From positions 3,648,001 through 3,712,000 of the forward strand of contig OZ244621.1 in NCBI GenBank assembly GCA_965218425.1: a stretch of 64,000 nucleotides of DNA, written 5' to 3'. Position numbers and translations under genes: made by a program. How positions within the stretch are numbered: the first letter of the stretch is position 1; the number at the start of each line of letters is the position of its first letter. This stretch comes from an uncultured Candidatus Binatia bacterium (GTDB lineage: Bacteria > Desulfobacterota > Binatia > UBA9968 > CAXXLF01). The notes beneath the pieces were generated by a model. The model was not told the origin of the DNA. It was given only the letters and a program-made list of their open reading frames with translations, and did no database searches. Of the stretch, positions 1 to 10,040 are shown in pieces.

Positions 1-2
1 TA

Positions 3-557
3 CCCATTGGGCTTTTGGCGGGTTATTTCGGCAGGTGGGTTGATGCTGTCTTTATGAGGGTCATGGATGCCATCCTGGCCTTCCCCGGGCGGCTTTTGGC
101 CATCGCTCTGGTGGCGTCCCTGGGAGGTGGACTCTTTTCCCTTTACGTGGCCATCGGAGTGAATTCCATCCCATCCTATGCAAGGATCGTCCGTGGTGCG
201 GTGCTGTCACAAAAAGAGAAGGAGTACGTTGAGGCGGCACGGATGACGGGTGAAGCGGATCGAAATATTATGGTCATGCACATTCTTCCTAATTGTTTCG
301 CGCCCCTGTTGGTCCGCCTGAGCCTTGATTTTGCAAGTGCGATCCTCACGGAGTCATCCTTGAGCTTTCTCGGTCTTGGATTTCCTCCTCCAACTCCAAG
401 CTGGGGACTCATGTTGAAAGAGGTAAGTCCCTTTCTAGAGCTGCAGCCTTGGGCGGCTTTTGTTCCTGGTCTGACCATTTCTTTGATGATCCTAGGTTTT
501 AATCTTCTCGGAGACGGTCTCCGGGATGTTTTCGATCCACGACAATATGAACGCTAA
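3..557 (+). CDS. Dipeptide/oligopeptide ABC transporter permease (DppC/OppC-like), 5'-truncated by the window edge
   Basis: EAA loop (EYVEAARMTG), LSFLGLG..PPTPSWG and GDGLRD.FDPR C-terminus; the frame is open to the window start. Confidence 0.93.
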   Translation, partial: PIGLLAGYFGRWVDAVFMRVMDAILAFPGRLLAIALVASLGGGLFSLYVAIGVNSIPSYARIVRGAVLSQKEKEYVEAARMTGEADRNIMVMHILPNCFAPLLVRLSLDFASAILTESSLSFLGLGFPPPTPSWGLMLKEVSPFLELQPWAAFVPGLTISLMILGFNLLGDGLRDVFDPRQYER

Positions 558-1533
558 GAACAATAACAGTGCGCTGCTTGAGATTCGAAACCTCAGGGTG
601 GAGTTCAATTTAAAAGGGGGAGTCCTTCCCGCGGTGAATGGTGTTTCCTTCTCCCTGCAAGAGAGCGAAACCCTGGGCATCGTGGGGGAAACAGGCTCCG
701 GAAAAAGCGTGACGGCCTTTTCCATCCTGCGTCTGATCCCGTCGCCGCCAGGAGAGATTGTCGGCGGAGAGATCCTCTTTGAGGGCGAGGACCTTCTCAA
801 AAAAACGGATCGGGAGATGCAAAAGATTCGTGGGCGTAAGATCTCGATGGTCTTTCAGGAACCCATGACCTCACTGAACCCTTCCTTCACCGTAGGACAG
901 CAGATTTCCGAGTGCTTTCGTATCCACATGGGGCATTCAAAGAGAGAGTCCCTTGAGGGAGCGCAGTATGTTCTTAATTCAGTGCGGGTTCCGTCGCCGA
1001 AGACGGTTCTGGATCGTTACCCCTATGAGCTCAGCGGCGGCCTCAGACAGAGGGTCATGATTGCCATGGCCCTTGCCTGCCAACCCAAAGTGCTTATCGC
1101 AGACGAGCCCACTACCGCCCTTGACGTCACCATTCAGGCTCAGATTTTGGAGCTCCTCAGGGAGTTGCAAGAACAGTTTAAGATGGCGCTGATTTTTATC
1201 TCTCACAATCTTGGAGTTGTCTCATCACTCTGCAACCGGATCGGGGTCATGTATGCAGGTTCTCTGGTGGAGCTGTCGGGAAAGGGAAATCTTTTCAGCA
1301 AACCCCTCCACCCCTATACCGTGGGTCTGCTGCGTGCCATTCCTAGGCCTGAGTATCGCGATCAACCCCTTGAGGCGATTCCCGGGTCCATTTGTGATCT
1401 TCTCGATCCGCCTTCGGGTTGCAAGTTTCATCCTCGTTGCTACAAGGTCAGAGAGATCTGTAAAACGGACCCTCCAAAACTAGAAAAGAAGGTGGGTGAC
1501 AATCAGGCGGCCTGTTTTTTTCCGGGGGAGTAA
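547..1533 (+). CDS. Peptide ABC transporter ATP-binding subunit (DppD/OppD-like)
   Basis: Walker [17 protein letters not shown] signature, [11 protein letters not shown]-terminal Cys-rich CKFHPRC..C domain; ATG 547 overlaps the permease stop. Confidence 0.93.
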   Translation: MNAKNNNSALLEIRNLRVEFNLKGGVLPAVNGVSFSLQESETLGIVGETGSGKSVTAFSILRLIPSPPGEIVGGEILFEGEDLLKKTDREMQKIRGRKISMVFQEPMTSLNPSFTVGQQISECFRIHMGHSKRESLEGAQYVLNSVRVPSPKTVLDRYPYELSGGLRQRVMIAMALACQPKVLIADEPTTALDVTIQAQILELLRELQEQFKMALIFISHNLGVVSSLCNRIGVMYAGSLVELSGKGNLFSKPLHPYTVGLLRAIPRPEYRDQPLEAIPGSICDLLDPPSGCKFHPRCYKVREICKTDPPKLEKKVGDNQAACFFPGE

Positions 1534-1538
1534 CTTGA

Positions 1539-2510
1539 ATGAGTCTTCTTGAGGTTAAAGGCCTGACAAAATATTTTGACCTGAACCCTGGGTTGGTGGG
1601 GCGGCTGCTCTACGGTCAGCGGGTCCTCAGGGCCGTGGATCAAATTGACTTTTCCATCGAAGAGGGAAAAGTGTTTGGCCTTGTGGGAGAAAGCGGATGC
1701 GGCAAGTCCACCACGGCGCGTCTGATTACGCGGTTAGTCCCCGCCACGGGCGGAGAGGTTTATTTTGGGGGGCAAAATATATTTACTCTGCCCAAGAAGC
1801 AGGTTCGTGAGCTGAGAAAACATATCCAAATGGTTTTTCAGGATCCTTTTGCCTCTCTCAATCCCCGGATGCGAATCGTGGATATCGTGGGACGTCCACT
1901 CAATCTTTACTTTGGCGCAACAGGAGACAAAAGGGCAAGGCAAGTGGGCGAACTGTTGGAGCTAGTGGGGCTGCAACCAGACCACATTTACCGTTATCCG
2001 CATGAGTTTAGCGGCGGACAGCGTCAAAGGATTGGAATTGCCAGGGCCCTGGCAACCTCCCCCAAGTTGATCATCGCCGACGAACCGGTATCCTCGCTCG
2101 ACGTTTCAGTGCAGGCACAAATTCTTAACCTGTTTAAGAAACTTCAGCGAGAACTCAATTTGACGATCTTATTTATTTCCCATGATCTGAATGTGGTGGA
2201 ATATATGGCGGATGTGGTGGCCGTCATGTATGCGGGGAAGATCGTTGAGACAGCTCAAACGCAGGATCTGTTTCAACATCGCGTGCACCCCTACACCCAG
2301 GGACTTATTGCATCGAATCCATCAATGAATCTGAATGCCGCCAATGAAAAACAAGAAATTCTAAAAGGAGAGGTGGCCCTTCCCATCAATCCTTCTCCGG
2401 GATGTAGATTTGATTCCCGCTGTCCCATTCGCGTAGATAAATGCAAGAGCATGGAGCCGCCGCTGGAAGCAAAGCGGCCGAATCATCTTGCAGCCTGCCA
2501 CGAAGTATAG
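1539..2510 (+). CDS. Peptide ABC transporter ATP-binding subunit (DppF/OppF-like)
   Basis: GESGCGKS, HEFSGGQRQR, ADEPVSSLD, C-terminal CRFDSRC..ACH. Confidence 0.93.
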   Translation: MSLLEVKGLTKYFDLNPGLVGRLLYGQRVLRAVDQIDFSIEEGKVFGLVGESGCGKSTTARLITRLVPATGGEVYFGGQNIFTLPKKQVRELRKHIQMVFQDPFASLNPRMRIVDIVGRPLNLYFGATGDKRARQVGELLELVGLQPDHIYRYPHEFSGGQRQRIGIARALATSPKLIIADEPVSSLDVSVQAQILNLFKKLQRELNLTILFISHDLNVVEYMADVVAVMYAGKIVETAQTQDLFQHRVHPYTQGLIASNPSMNLNAANEKQEILKGEVALPINPSPGCRFDSRCPIRVDKCKSMEPPLEAKRPNHLAACHEV

Positions 2511-2558
2511 GCCCGAATTCAACCTTGCCGAGAATCCATGTAGAATTTTGTTGAACGT

Positions 2559-4025
2559 ATGAGTCCCATGAGCGATCAACACGATCACCGTCACTCCCAT
2601 GACCACGACGAGCTCCATGGTGTCAAGCTAGGCCGTCTGACCAGCGTCGGGATTGACATCGGGTCATCCACCTCGCATCTAATGTTTTCACAGATGCATG
2701 TGGGGTACCCTTCCTTGCACTGTCGCCGACCCGAGGTGTTGGAGCGCGAGATTCTGAGTCGTTCGCCCGTCCTTTTAACTCCCTTTTCTCACGACTGGAC
2801 TATCGAAATGAAACCGCTGGAGGGACTGGTACAGACCTCCTTTGGGCAGGCCGGTTTGAAACCGGATGAAGTGGATACGGGAGCCGTCATCATCACGGGT
2901 GAGGCGGCGCGACGAAGCAATGCGAAAAACCTCGTGGAATACTTTTCAACCCAATCCGGTCGATTTGTCTGTGCTACCGCAGGACCGAGGCTGGAAATGC
3001 TCTTGGCGGCCCATGGGTCCGGGGCTATTCGGCTAAGCCAAGAGAAGGGGCTGAATTTGATCAACATCGACGTAGGAGGAGGAACCACAAAAGTCGGAGT
3101 CATAAACCGTGGTCGGTTGGTGGATGGTGGGGTCTTTAATATTGGTGCCCGGGTGGTGGCCCATGAGGATGGAAAATTAATCCGTGTGGAACGGTCTGGA
3201 AAGAGTTTCTTGGAGCAGGTGGGGCATCCCGTTTCGGTGGGAGACTCCGTAGATCCGAGGTGGTGCGCTCTTGTGTCCGGGAAGATGTCCGAGGCGCTGT
3301 TTGGCATCCTTGGTGGTACAACTCCCGCAGATGAAATGGTTGTCTCTCCCTTCACAGAAGGTCCGCCGTTTCATGATGTGGACGGGGTCATCTTTTCCGG
3401 TGGCGTGTCCGAATACATTTACGGACGTGAAAAGAGAGTTTTCGGAGATCTGGGGCCCAGCCTCGGGGATGAAATGAAGCGTCGTACGGAGGATTTTGGC
3501 TGGGCTCTCCTGGATGGTATAGAGGGCTTGCGTGCTACTGTTATCGGGGCTTCGCAATACTCGCTTCGGTTGAGCGGAGAGACAATCCATATCCCGGATC
3601 TTGAGGCGCTCCCGCTACACAATATTCGAGTCTACCCGGTGAGGGTGGAATGGGGGCCCGATGTGGCGGTGAAGTCACGGAAATCCGTCTTGGGGGCCGT
3701 TGAAACCATGGACCCTGAGGTGAAAGGGTATCCCTTTGCTCTGGTGATCGTCTCTCCTCCATTTATAGGGTATGGGATGGCCTTAGAATTGGCCAAAGGT
3801 CTCCGTAGCGCTCTGGAATCCTTGAGTCCCTCGGACCGGCCGAAGGTCCTGGTGTTCGAGCAGAATATAGGGCGCGTGGTGGGGGAGGCCATAGGGGAAG
3901 ACCTCAAGACGCTGTGCATCGATGAGGTGACGCTTTCCGAGCTTGACTTCGTTGATATTGGTAGACCGCTGGACCATGAAACCTTTGTTCCGGTGGTGGT
4001 GAAGAGCCTCGTCTTTGAAAGCTAA
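2559..4025 (+). CDS. eutA: EutA-like (ethanolamine ammonia-lyase reactivase family) ASKHA ATPase with His-rich N-terminus
   Basis: SVGIDIGSSTSHL, GAVIITGEAARR.NA, FVCATAGP.LE, NIDVGGGTTK, FSGGVSE, RATVIGASQYS.LSG.TI, D.VDIG.P....VPVVVKSLVF. Confidence 0.85.
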   Translation: MSPMSDQHDHRHSHDHDELHGVKLGRLTSVGIDIGSSTSHLMFSQMHVGYPSLHCRRPEVLEREILSRSPVLLTPFSHDWTIEMKPLEGLVQTSFGQAGLKPDEVDTGAVIITGEAARRSNAKNLVEYFSTQSGRFVCATAGPRLEMLLAAHGSGAIRLSQEKGLNLINIDVGGGTTKVGVINRGRLVDGGVFNIGARVVAHEDGKLIRVERSGKSFLEQVGHPVSVGDSVDPRWCALVSGKMSEALFGILGGTTPADEMVVSPFTEGPPFHDVDGVIFSGGVSEYIYGREKRVFGDLGPSLGDEMKRRTEDFGWALLDGIEGLRATVIGASQYSLRLSGETIHIPDLEALPLHNIRVYPVRVEWGPDVAVKSRKSVLGAVETMDPEVKGYPFALVIVSPPFIGYGMALELAKGLRSALESLSPSDRPKVLVFEQNIGRVVGEAIGEDLKTLCIDEVTLSELDFVDIGRPLDHETFVPVVVKSLVFES

Positions 4026-4126
4026 ATTCGAGTTCGGCAACCTCAGCCTCCATTTTTCACACCAAAGACTAGACGCGGATATTTAAAATTTTCGATGGAA
4101 TTTTGGATTACGGAATTGAGAAAAAG

Positions 4127-4204
4127 ATGACTCGCGCGAAGACGCAAAGGACGCCAAGTTCGGAAAAAATAGCTAATGTTTTTCTTTGCGCGCTTGGCGC
4201 GAAA
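4127..4204. repeat. REP-like palindromic repeat (CGCAAAG/CTTTGCG, CGCCAAG/CTTGGCG arms)
   Basis: Imperfect hairpin; 4127-4160 matches the reverse complement of 5747-5780 at 32/34 nt. Confidence 0.7.
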
Positions 4205-4350
4205 AATCTTCTTGAAGTCGTTCCCCTTTCTGTCAAACAATTGATTGGGCCTAACTCGCCAGGTTTGACATCTGATTGGGCTTTAGATAGCAAGTACATT
4301 AGTCTTTCAGTGTCTGAGGCAAGTCACCACCGGTCATAAGCGGGGAATTT

Positions 4351-5547
4351 ATGAGTTGGAATGGCTGTAAAGTAATAGACATGGATACCCATGTGTACGA
4401 GCGACCAGACAAGATGTACGGCGACTATCTTGATCCGGCTTTCCGGGAACCCTATGAGCAATTGTGCGAGGCCATTGAGAAACAAGCGGCGGAAGGACGC
4501 AACTATTCCCTGTTCGGTACCCGTCACGCAGTGATTGAACCCTTCGAGGCGGGCAGACCCCTTGGCATTCACGACACCTTCGGTCTCAGTCGTCAGCGGG
4601 GTTCGGGAAAGCGGGTCATGAAAGATCGGGGTCAGGCGGTTACCACCGAGCCCATTCGCCCGGAGGTGAGTTGGGACGCCAAGGCTCGGGTAGAGGACAT
4701 GGATAAGGCATCCGTCGACGTGAACGTGATTTTTGCAACCCATGTTTCCAGCTATTGCGCTCTGCGTGATGTGGGTTTTGAGACCGCGCTCTATCGCGCT
4801 TACAACCGATGGGTGGCCGACTTTTGTGCGCAGGCTCCGAAAAGGTTGAAATGGACCCTTTCCGTGAATATGCGGGATGTCCAGGCAGGGGTCGCTGAGG
4901 TCAAGTACTGGGGCAATCGTGATTCGAACCTAGTGGGAATCTATACCCCTCAAGTGGGACCCGGCGGTAAGCTTCTGGATAACCCGGATTTCCATCCACT
5001 TTACGAAGTGGCCCAGGATCTCGAACTCCCCCTTATGGTTCATCCGGGAACGGGACGACCACCTTATACACCCGGTAGTTTTGAACTCGACGGGAGTTGG
5101 TTCCTTATTCAGAGTCTTTTGAATCCTTGGGCGGGAATGACGGCCATGGCAACCCTGGTGGGTGGAGGGATCCTGGACTTGTTTCCTAAACTGCGCGTGG
5201 CCGTTATCGAGACCAGCGGGGGATGGGTTCCTGTGATCGTGGACCGCCTGGATTCACATTACCTGGCCTCGCCTAGCCACGTCCCCAATTTGACACGGTT
5301 GCCACGGGAGGCGGTTACCGACGGACGTTATGCCCACGCCATCGATACCTGGGAAAGTTCCATCGAGCAGAGTGTGCAATCTCTAGGAGAGGACGTTTGG
5401 CTCTTTGCCACGGATTATCCTCACAAAGGAACCCAATGGCCCAGGGGTGTCCGGCAAATCGTTGAGTTGCCGGGCTTGTCGGACGGTGCAAAACGCAAGA
5501 TTCTGGGAGAAAACGCCATGCGTTTTTGTCCAAGATTACGCGACTAG
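4351..5547 (+). CDS. Amidohydrolase 2 family metal-dependent hydrolase/decarboxylase
   Basis: IDMDTH, YNRW..DFC, LMVHPG, FPKLRVAVIE..GGW, FATDYPH, KILGENA. Confidence 0.9.
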   Translation: MSWNGCKVIDMDTHVYERPDKMYGDYLDPAFREPYEQLCEAIEKQAAEGRNYSLFGTRHAVIEPFEAGRPLGIHDTFGLSRQRGSGKRVMKDRGQAVTTEPIRPEVSWDAKARVEDMDKASVDVNVIFATHVSSYCALRDVGFETALYRAYNRWVADFCAQAPKRLKWTLSVNMRDVQAGVAEVKYWGNRDSNLVGIYTPQVGPGGKLLDNPDFHPLYEVAQDLELPLMVHPGTGRPPYTPGSFELDGSWFLIQSLLNPWAGMTAMATLVGGGILDLFPKLRVAVIETSGGWVPVIVDRLDSHYLASPSHVPNLTRLPREAVTDGRYAHAIDTWESSIEQSVQSLGEDVWLFATDYPHKGTQWPRGVRQIVELPGLSDGAKRKILGENAMRFCPRLRD

Positions 5548-5609
5548 CCTAAATCATAGAAATGTTCACCCGAACAAATTTAACGGTCTTTATGGCGCCA
5601 AGATCCCCG

Positions 5610-5780
5610 CGAATTCAAATCCGAATTCCGAAGCCCGAAACCTCAAATGAACCGAAACACTCAAATCTGAATATCGAAATCCAAACAAGATTATTTGCAA
5701 TTTTATGTTTTTTGGTCATTTAAGTTTGTTTCGAATTTCTAATTTAAACTTGGCGTTCTTTGCGTCTGCGCGCGAGTCAT
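5610..5780. repeat. Composite REP-like repeat: degenerate heptamer tract (AAATCCG/CGAAA-type) plus the inverted partner of 4127-4160
   Basis: Runs such as CAAATCCGAATTCCGAAGCCCGAAAC and ATCGAAATCCAAAC with complementary GTTTGTTTCGAATTTC; 5747-5780 is the inverted copy of 4127-4160. Confidence 0.6.
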
Positions 5781-5866
5781 TGTGTTTCGATTCTATCATC
5801 AAAACATCAATCGGGCTTTACAGGTTTCCTTGGCTAGTTGGACACTGAATGAGGAGAGAGAGGTCA

Positions 5867-6796
5867 ATGCAAGAAGTCAAGCTTGCCTACAGGGATAACG
5901 ATCGAACGCCAGTCATTTTTTGTATCAAGGAAATGGCCAGACGCTATTACGATATTGACGTCAAGGTAAAGCAGATCAGAAGTGCGGCTGAGTATGAGGC
6001 GGCGATTTTTGACGGCGCCGCCGACGTGATTATTGAACGGATGGATTATCTTTTCGCAGAGGTGGCCAAGGGACGCAAGGTGACGATGTTTTGTGCCCCT
6101 GTGATTACCAGCGGAGCGGATCTGGTGGTGCCGGACCAAGTCAAAAGCATCAATGACCTAAAGGGAAAGAAGATTGCCGTGCGGGCAGCGGGAAGGCCGT
6201 TTACCGTGGCCGTGAGGCTCAGAAAGATGGGGTTGGAAAAGGATGTGGAGCGGGTCATTGTTTCGGATGATGAGGTGGGTCGTTGGGGACAGTGGAAAAA
6301 AGTAGTAAATGGGGAATGTATTGCGACCTATATGACTCCCATTTATTTGTCTGAGGCCCTTGGGGCGGGTTTGAAGGTCCTAGAGACACCAGAGCTCGAG
6401 GTGATTGGCCATTTCGCGCAAGCCTGTGCCACAAAATTTGCTCGTGAGAACCATGAGCTGCTTGGAAACTACGTTCGGTCCGTGGTTCACGCGTTGTGCC
6501 TGATGAAGCTCCGACGCCGGGAGACAATGGACATTGTAGCTCAGGAACCCATGCGACTGATGAAGATACAGGATCGGAAAGAATTAGAGCGACAGGTGGA
6601 TGGTATCATCCATGAGTTGCAGGTTAAGCCCTACCCGACACCGGAGGGAATCACCAACAGCCACGAGATTTCCACGGATGAGTGGCCCGCGGGCGAGGCG
6701 CTGGAGAATCCTTTGACCCTTTGGGATCTCCATTGGTTGAAGCGGCTCGATGACGAGGGCTTTATTGATGATTTAATCAGGCAAATGAAAGGATAA
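5867..6796 (+). CDS. SsuA/NMT1-like ABC substrate-binding-fold protein
   Basis: VKSINDLKGKKIAV motif, PYPT.EGI and LDDEGFIDDL C-terminus; GAGGAG RBS upstream; no clear signal peptide. Confidence 0.75.
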   Translation: MQEVKLAYRDNDRTPVIFCIKEMARRYYDIDVKVKQIRSAAEYEAAIFDGAADVIIERMDYLFAEVAKGRKVTMFCAPVITSGADLVVPDQVKSINDLKGKKIAVRAAGRPFTVAVRLRKMGLEKDVERVIVSDDEVGRWGQWKKVVNGECIATYMTPIYLSEALGAGLKVLETPELEVIGHFAQACATKFARENHELLGNYVRSVVHALCLMKLRRRETMDIVAQEPMRLMKIQDRKELERQVDGIIHELQVKPYPTPEGITNSHEISTDEWPAGEALENPLTLWDLHWLKRLDDEGFIDDLIRQMKG

Positions 6797-6892
6797 GCCA
6801 CCTTTTCGATTCTGAAGCGTTAGTTCCCGGAATCGCCCTAATCTATTGTCCTCGTTAAATACTGAACCCAACGCCCTGAGCCTTAGGGGGGA

Positions 6893-8635
6893 TCAATTTT
6901 CTCCACTTCTCACGATCAATCGTCCTCCGAGCATTCGTGCGAGAAGAGAAGTCATCACAACAAGGACCACAATCACTACCCCAACGGCCATCGCCTTTTC
7001 GGGAGAACTTTCGCCTGTAATCCAATCTAACATGAGCAGTGATAAGGTCCGTGTATTGGCGGTTCCCAACAGTACCAATGTGCTTATATCCCTCGCCGCG
7101 GAATTAAAGACCAATAGCCCCACGACAATAAGCATCGGTAATGTGAGAGGAAAGAGGATACGGCAGTAGGTGGTGAACCATGAGCCGCCGCATATACGAG
7201 ACGCTTCCTCGAGCTCGCTGCTTAGTTGGAGCATGGACGTTTTCATGAACTGAACACCGAACGGCATGCTCTTTATGACTATAGCTAAAATCATCAGGTA
7301 GGTAGTTCCATGGAGGCTTTTAAGAATAGGTGTGTTGAGAAAAGTCCACAGAAAACCAAAGCCCAGTAGAATACCGGGGATGGACCAGGGCAACCAAGAA
7401 ATAAAATCCAACAACGATTTGCCGAAAAACTGTCTTTTCACTATCAGATAGGCCACAAAGGAATAAAAAATTATCCCGATAAGGGCCGCTCCTAGGCCAA
7501 TGGCAAAAGTATTGATTAGGGCGCCAATAAAGGTAGTGTCCTGTAAGACTGCGGACCAATGATCCAAGGTCCATACTTTAGGGATGTTGAAGAAGCCGAA
7601 GACGGTCATGAAAGTTCCCAAAACTAGGAAAGCCGTTGGGACAATCGTAATCAGGGACACGACCAATAAGACGAGAGCAAAGATGGGATACCTCCAGCGG
7701 CCCAATGCAGTGGCACGGTTAGAGTAACGGCCGGTAAGAGTCGCATATTCTCTCCGTCCGATATACATGCGATTAAAGGCCACTAGGGCAAGCAAGATTA
7801 GGAGGAAAAAGCTGCTGAGGGCAGAGGCGGGGGCAATTCCGCCCAAGGGATCATGCTCGATCATGCTATGGATCCTTGTGGAGTAAACGTCAATTCCTAC
7901 ACGAAATCCCAAGATGAGCTCAATTTCGAATGCTTCCAGAGCTCGGATGAGGCCAAGGATAGTGGTAACCAAAATAGCCGGCGACATAATCGGAATGATA
8001 ATGTGTCTTAAGGTGATCCACGAACTTGCTCCCGCGGTACGGGATGCTTCCTCGAGGGCTGCGTCCATATTTCGAAAGGCGGGCGTCAATAACATCACCT
8101 TTACTCCGAGGGTCGTAGCGGTGAGATGGGCCCAGACGATTCCCCAGAATGAGTAAATGTTGAAAACCGGCCTGTCAATAAAAGGAAGCGTTCCCAGCCA
8201 TGCATTGACTAATCCAACCTTCGGGTCGAATGCTAAGATCCATCCCATGGTGATGGGCAAGGCCGGCATGAAAAAAGATAGCCAAAACATGAATTCCATG
8301 CCGCCCTTCATGGGAAGATCGGTGCGGGACAGGAGCCATGCCATTAGAATACCAAGCACAAGTGCGATAAGCTGACGGACGATGGCCAAAGCGAACGTGT
8401 TATAGATAGACTTTAAAATGCCCGGAGAGTTGAACGCCTCCTTCCACCCGTCTATACCATGGACTATGGGTTCCCATGGCTTGGAAATGACAAAGCTACT
8501 AAAAACAGTCCATATTAAAGGCGCAAGAACCAGAAAACAGACAATCGCAAGAAATAGACTCAGGAATAGCGCCTGAAGACTAAAGTGCAAAGACCCACGG
8601 GTCGCCTTCGCTAACGATGCACTGGGGCTGGCCAT
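6893..8635 (-). CDS. FbpB-like ABC transporter permease (two fused domains)
   Basis: Two EAA motifs (LEEASRTAGA, LEEASRICGG), about 12 hydrophobic segments, RTDLP. Confidence 0.9.
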   Translation of the reverse strand: MASPSASLAKATRGSLHFSLQALFLSLFLAIVCFLVLAPLIWTVFSSFVISKPWEPIVHGIDGWKEAFNSPGILKSIYNTFALAIVRQLIALVLGILMAWLLSRTDLPMKGGMEFMFWLSFFMPALPITMGWILAFDPKVGLVNAWLGTLPFIDRPVFNIYSFWGIVWAHLTATTLGVKVMLLTPAFRNMDAALEEASRTAGASSWITLRHIIIPIMSPAILVTTILGLIRALEAFEIELILGFRVGIDVYSTRIHSMIEHDPLGGIAPASALSSFFLLILLALVAFNRMYIGRREYATLTGRYSNRATALGRWRYPIFALVLLVVSLITIVPTAFLVLGTFMTVFGFFNIPKVWTLDHWSAVLQDTTFIGALINTFAIGLGAALIGIIFYSFVAYLIVKRQFFGKSLLDFISWLPWSIPGILLGFGFLWTFLNTPILKSLHGTTYLMILAIVIKSMPFGVQFMKTSMLQLSSELEEASRICGGSWFTTYCRILFPLTLPMLIVVGLLVFNSAARDISTLVLLGTANTRTLSLLMLDWITGESSPEKAMAVGVVIVVLVVMTSLLARMLGGRLIVRSGEN

Positions 8636-8715
8636 TTAGGGTGTTCCATTGACTTAATGTATTCTGGAAGCGTCGGTTTGAGGTCTCGCTGAATGGAAGT
8701 CTAATATACCTGAGC

Positions 8716-8793
8716 GCACGGCAGACTAACCGTGCCGAGATTTCACTTTAGAGAGGGGCCGCACGAGAATTTGAGTCCTGCGAGGACCCCTCT
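8716..8793 (-). other. Two tandem intercistronic stem-loops between the SBP and permease genes
   Basis: GCACGG..CCGTGC (8716-8735) and AGAGGGG..CCCCTCT (8752-8793). Confidence 0.5.
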
Positions 8794-8815
8794 GATCGGT
8801 GGGAATTCTTGTTCG

Positions 8816-10030
8816 TCAACGTTTTATAATCGTTTTCAGGTACTTAACGATTTCACCTCGTTGTCTTACATACTTCTCCTTGTAGTTCGCTTGATAAGAG
8901 TCGTACTTTTCCGGCCTTGGCACGATGCCAGGATCGAGATGGTCTTGCGAGACATCCACACGCCGGCTCCAGTATCCCGAGGCTTTGCTATATGCCAGCT
9001 GGGCATCCTTGCCCAAGAACCAGTTGATGAATACCTTGGCGGCATTGGGATGGGGGGCGCGATTCACAAGCGCGATGCTTGCCGTGGCGGTGGTTAAATA
9101 ACTTCCTTCCTTGATGTTGTCAGCGGAGAATCGGCCGAGGGGCAGACCCTTTGATGAAAGTTCATTATATATGCCCTGGTGAACGCCGATTCCAAGATGA
9201 TAGTTTCCCCGCGCCACCTCTTCCAGGAGTTGACGGTAGTTTCGCACTAGAGTAATTTTTTGCTCGCTAAGTAAGCGCCGCAGAAATTCCTTTCCCAAGG
9301 AAGGTTGAACATAGGCAAAGGTAGCCGAGGCTAGACCGGCGCCGGGCTGTCGCGGGTCAAACATAAGTATTTTCCCGCGCCACTTGGGGTCGAGTAAATC
9401 CCAAAATGATCGAATATCGTCCTTCTTTACAAGATTGGTATTAAACGCAAAGGGCGGAATAACGTACCCGCCAAAGGCCAAGTTGTATGTTCTCGCGTCA
9501 TCGGCAAAATCGATTTTTCCACCAAACCATTTACTAGGATCAGACACCTCTGGAAGGATGAAAGCGGGTCCTATGGGGTCAAATGCCCCTGCCGGCATTA
9601 ACAGTCTAAGGGCCGTGGTTGTCCCTCCTATATATACATCCCATCCGTATCTGCCAGCCCGCCGTTCTGCTAACGCGCGCGGGGCTATGCTTCTGCCACC
9701 GGCAACAAGGAGTTCTACTTTAATCCTGGGAAATTTTCCCTCAAAACCCTCCTTGAAAAGTCGTCGCATGGCTGAGGAAGCACCTCCTCCGTGCATGACG
9801 GCCACCCGTGCTTCTTTTCGGGCCGCTTGAAGAGTGCGATTCCACTCTACCTGTGATTCCCTCTCAGCCGCCGCGAGCCCAGGAAAAGAGGCCATAAGGA
9901 TTAATCCTAACGTCCCGACGAATAGTTTCCGCCAACCACGATCAAACCGTTCACCACCGGTTAAAATATGATTGATTCGCATAATTAAGCTCCTTTTTGG
10001 ATAAACTTTTATTGAGTTTTCTCTTCTCAC
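8816..10030 (-). CDS. Extracellular solute-binding protein (Fe3+/AfuA-like family); exact start uncertain
   Basis: Signal-peptide-like LFVGTLGLILMASFPGLAAA, DLLDPKWRGKI, APHPNAAKVFINW. Confidence 0.88.
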   Translation of the reverse strand: MRRENSIKVYPKRSLIMRINHILTGGERFDRGWRKLFVGTLGLILMASFPGLAAAERESQVEWNRTLQAARKEARVAVMHGGGASSAMRRLFKEGFEGKFPRIKVELLVAGGRSIAPRALAERRAGRYGWDVYIGGTTTALRLLMPAGAFDPIGPAFILPEVSDPSKWFGGKIDFADDARTYNLAFGGYVIPPFAFNTNLVKKDDIRSFWDLLDPKWRGKILMFDPRQPGAGLASATFAYVQPSLGKEFLRRLLSEQKITLVRNYRQLLEEVARGNYHLGIGVHQGIYNELSSKGLPLGRFSADNIKEGSYLTTATASIALVNRAPHPNAAKVFINWFLGKDAQLAYSKASGYWSRRVDVSQDHLDPGIVPRPEKYDSYQANYKEKYVRQRGEIVKYLKTIIKR

Positions 10031-10040
10031 TTACTTCGAC

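Noticed and set aside
5610..5745. Heptamer-like tract as a CRISPR array or coding repeat
   Set aside because: Units are short and degenerate with no spacers; it fits a REP-like palindrome better.
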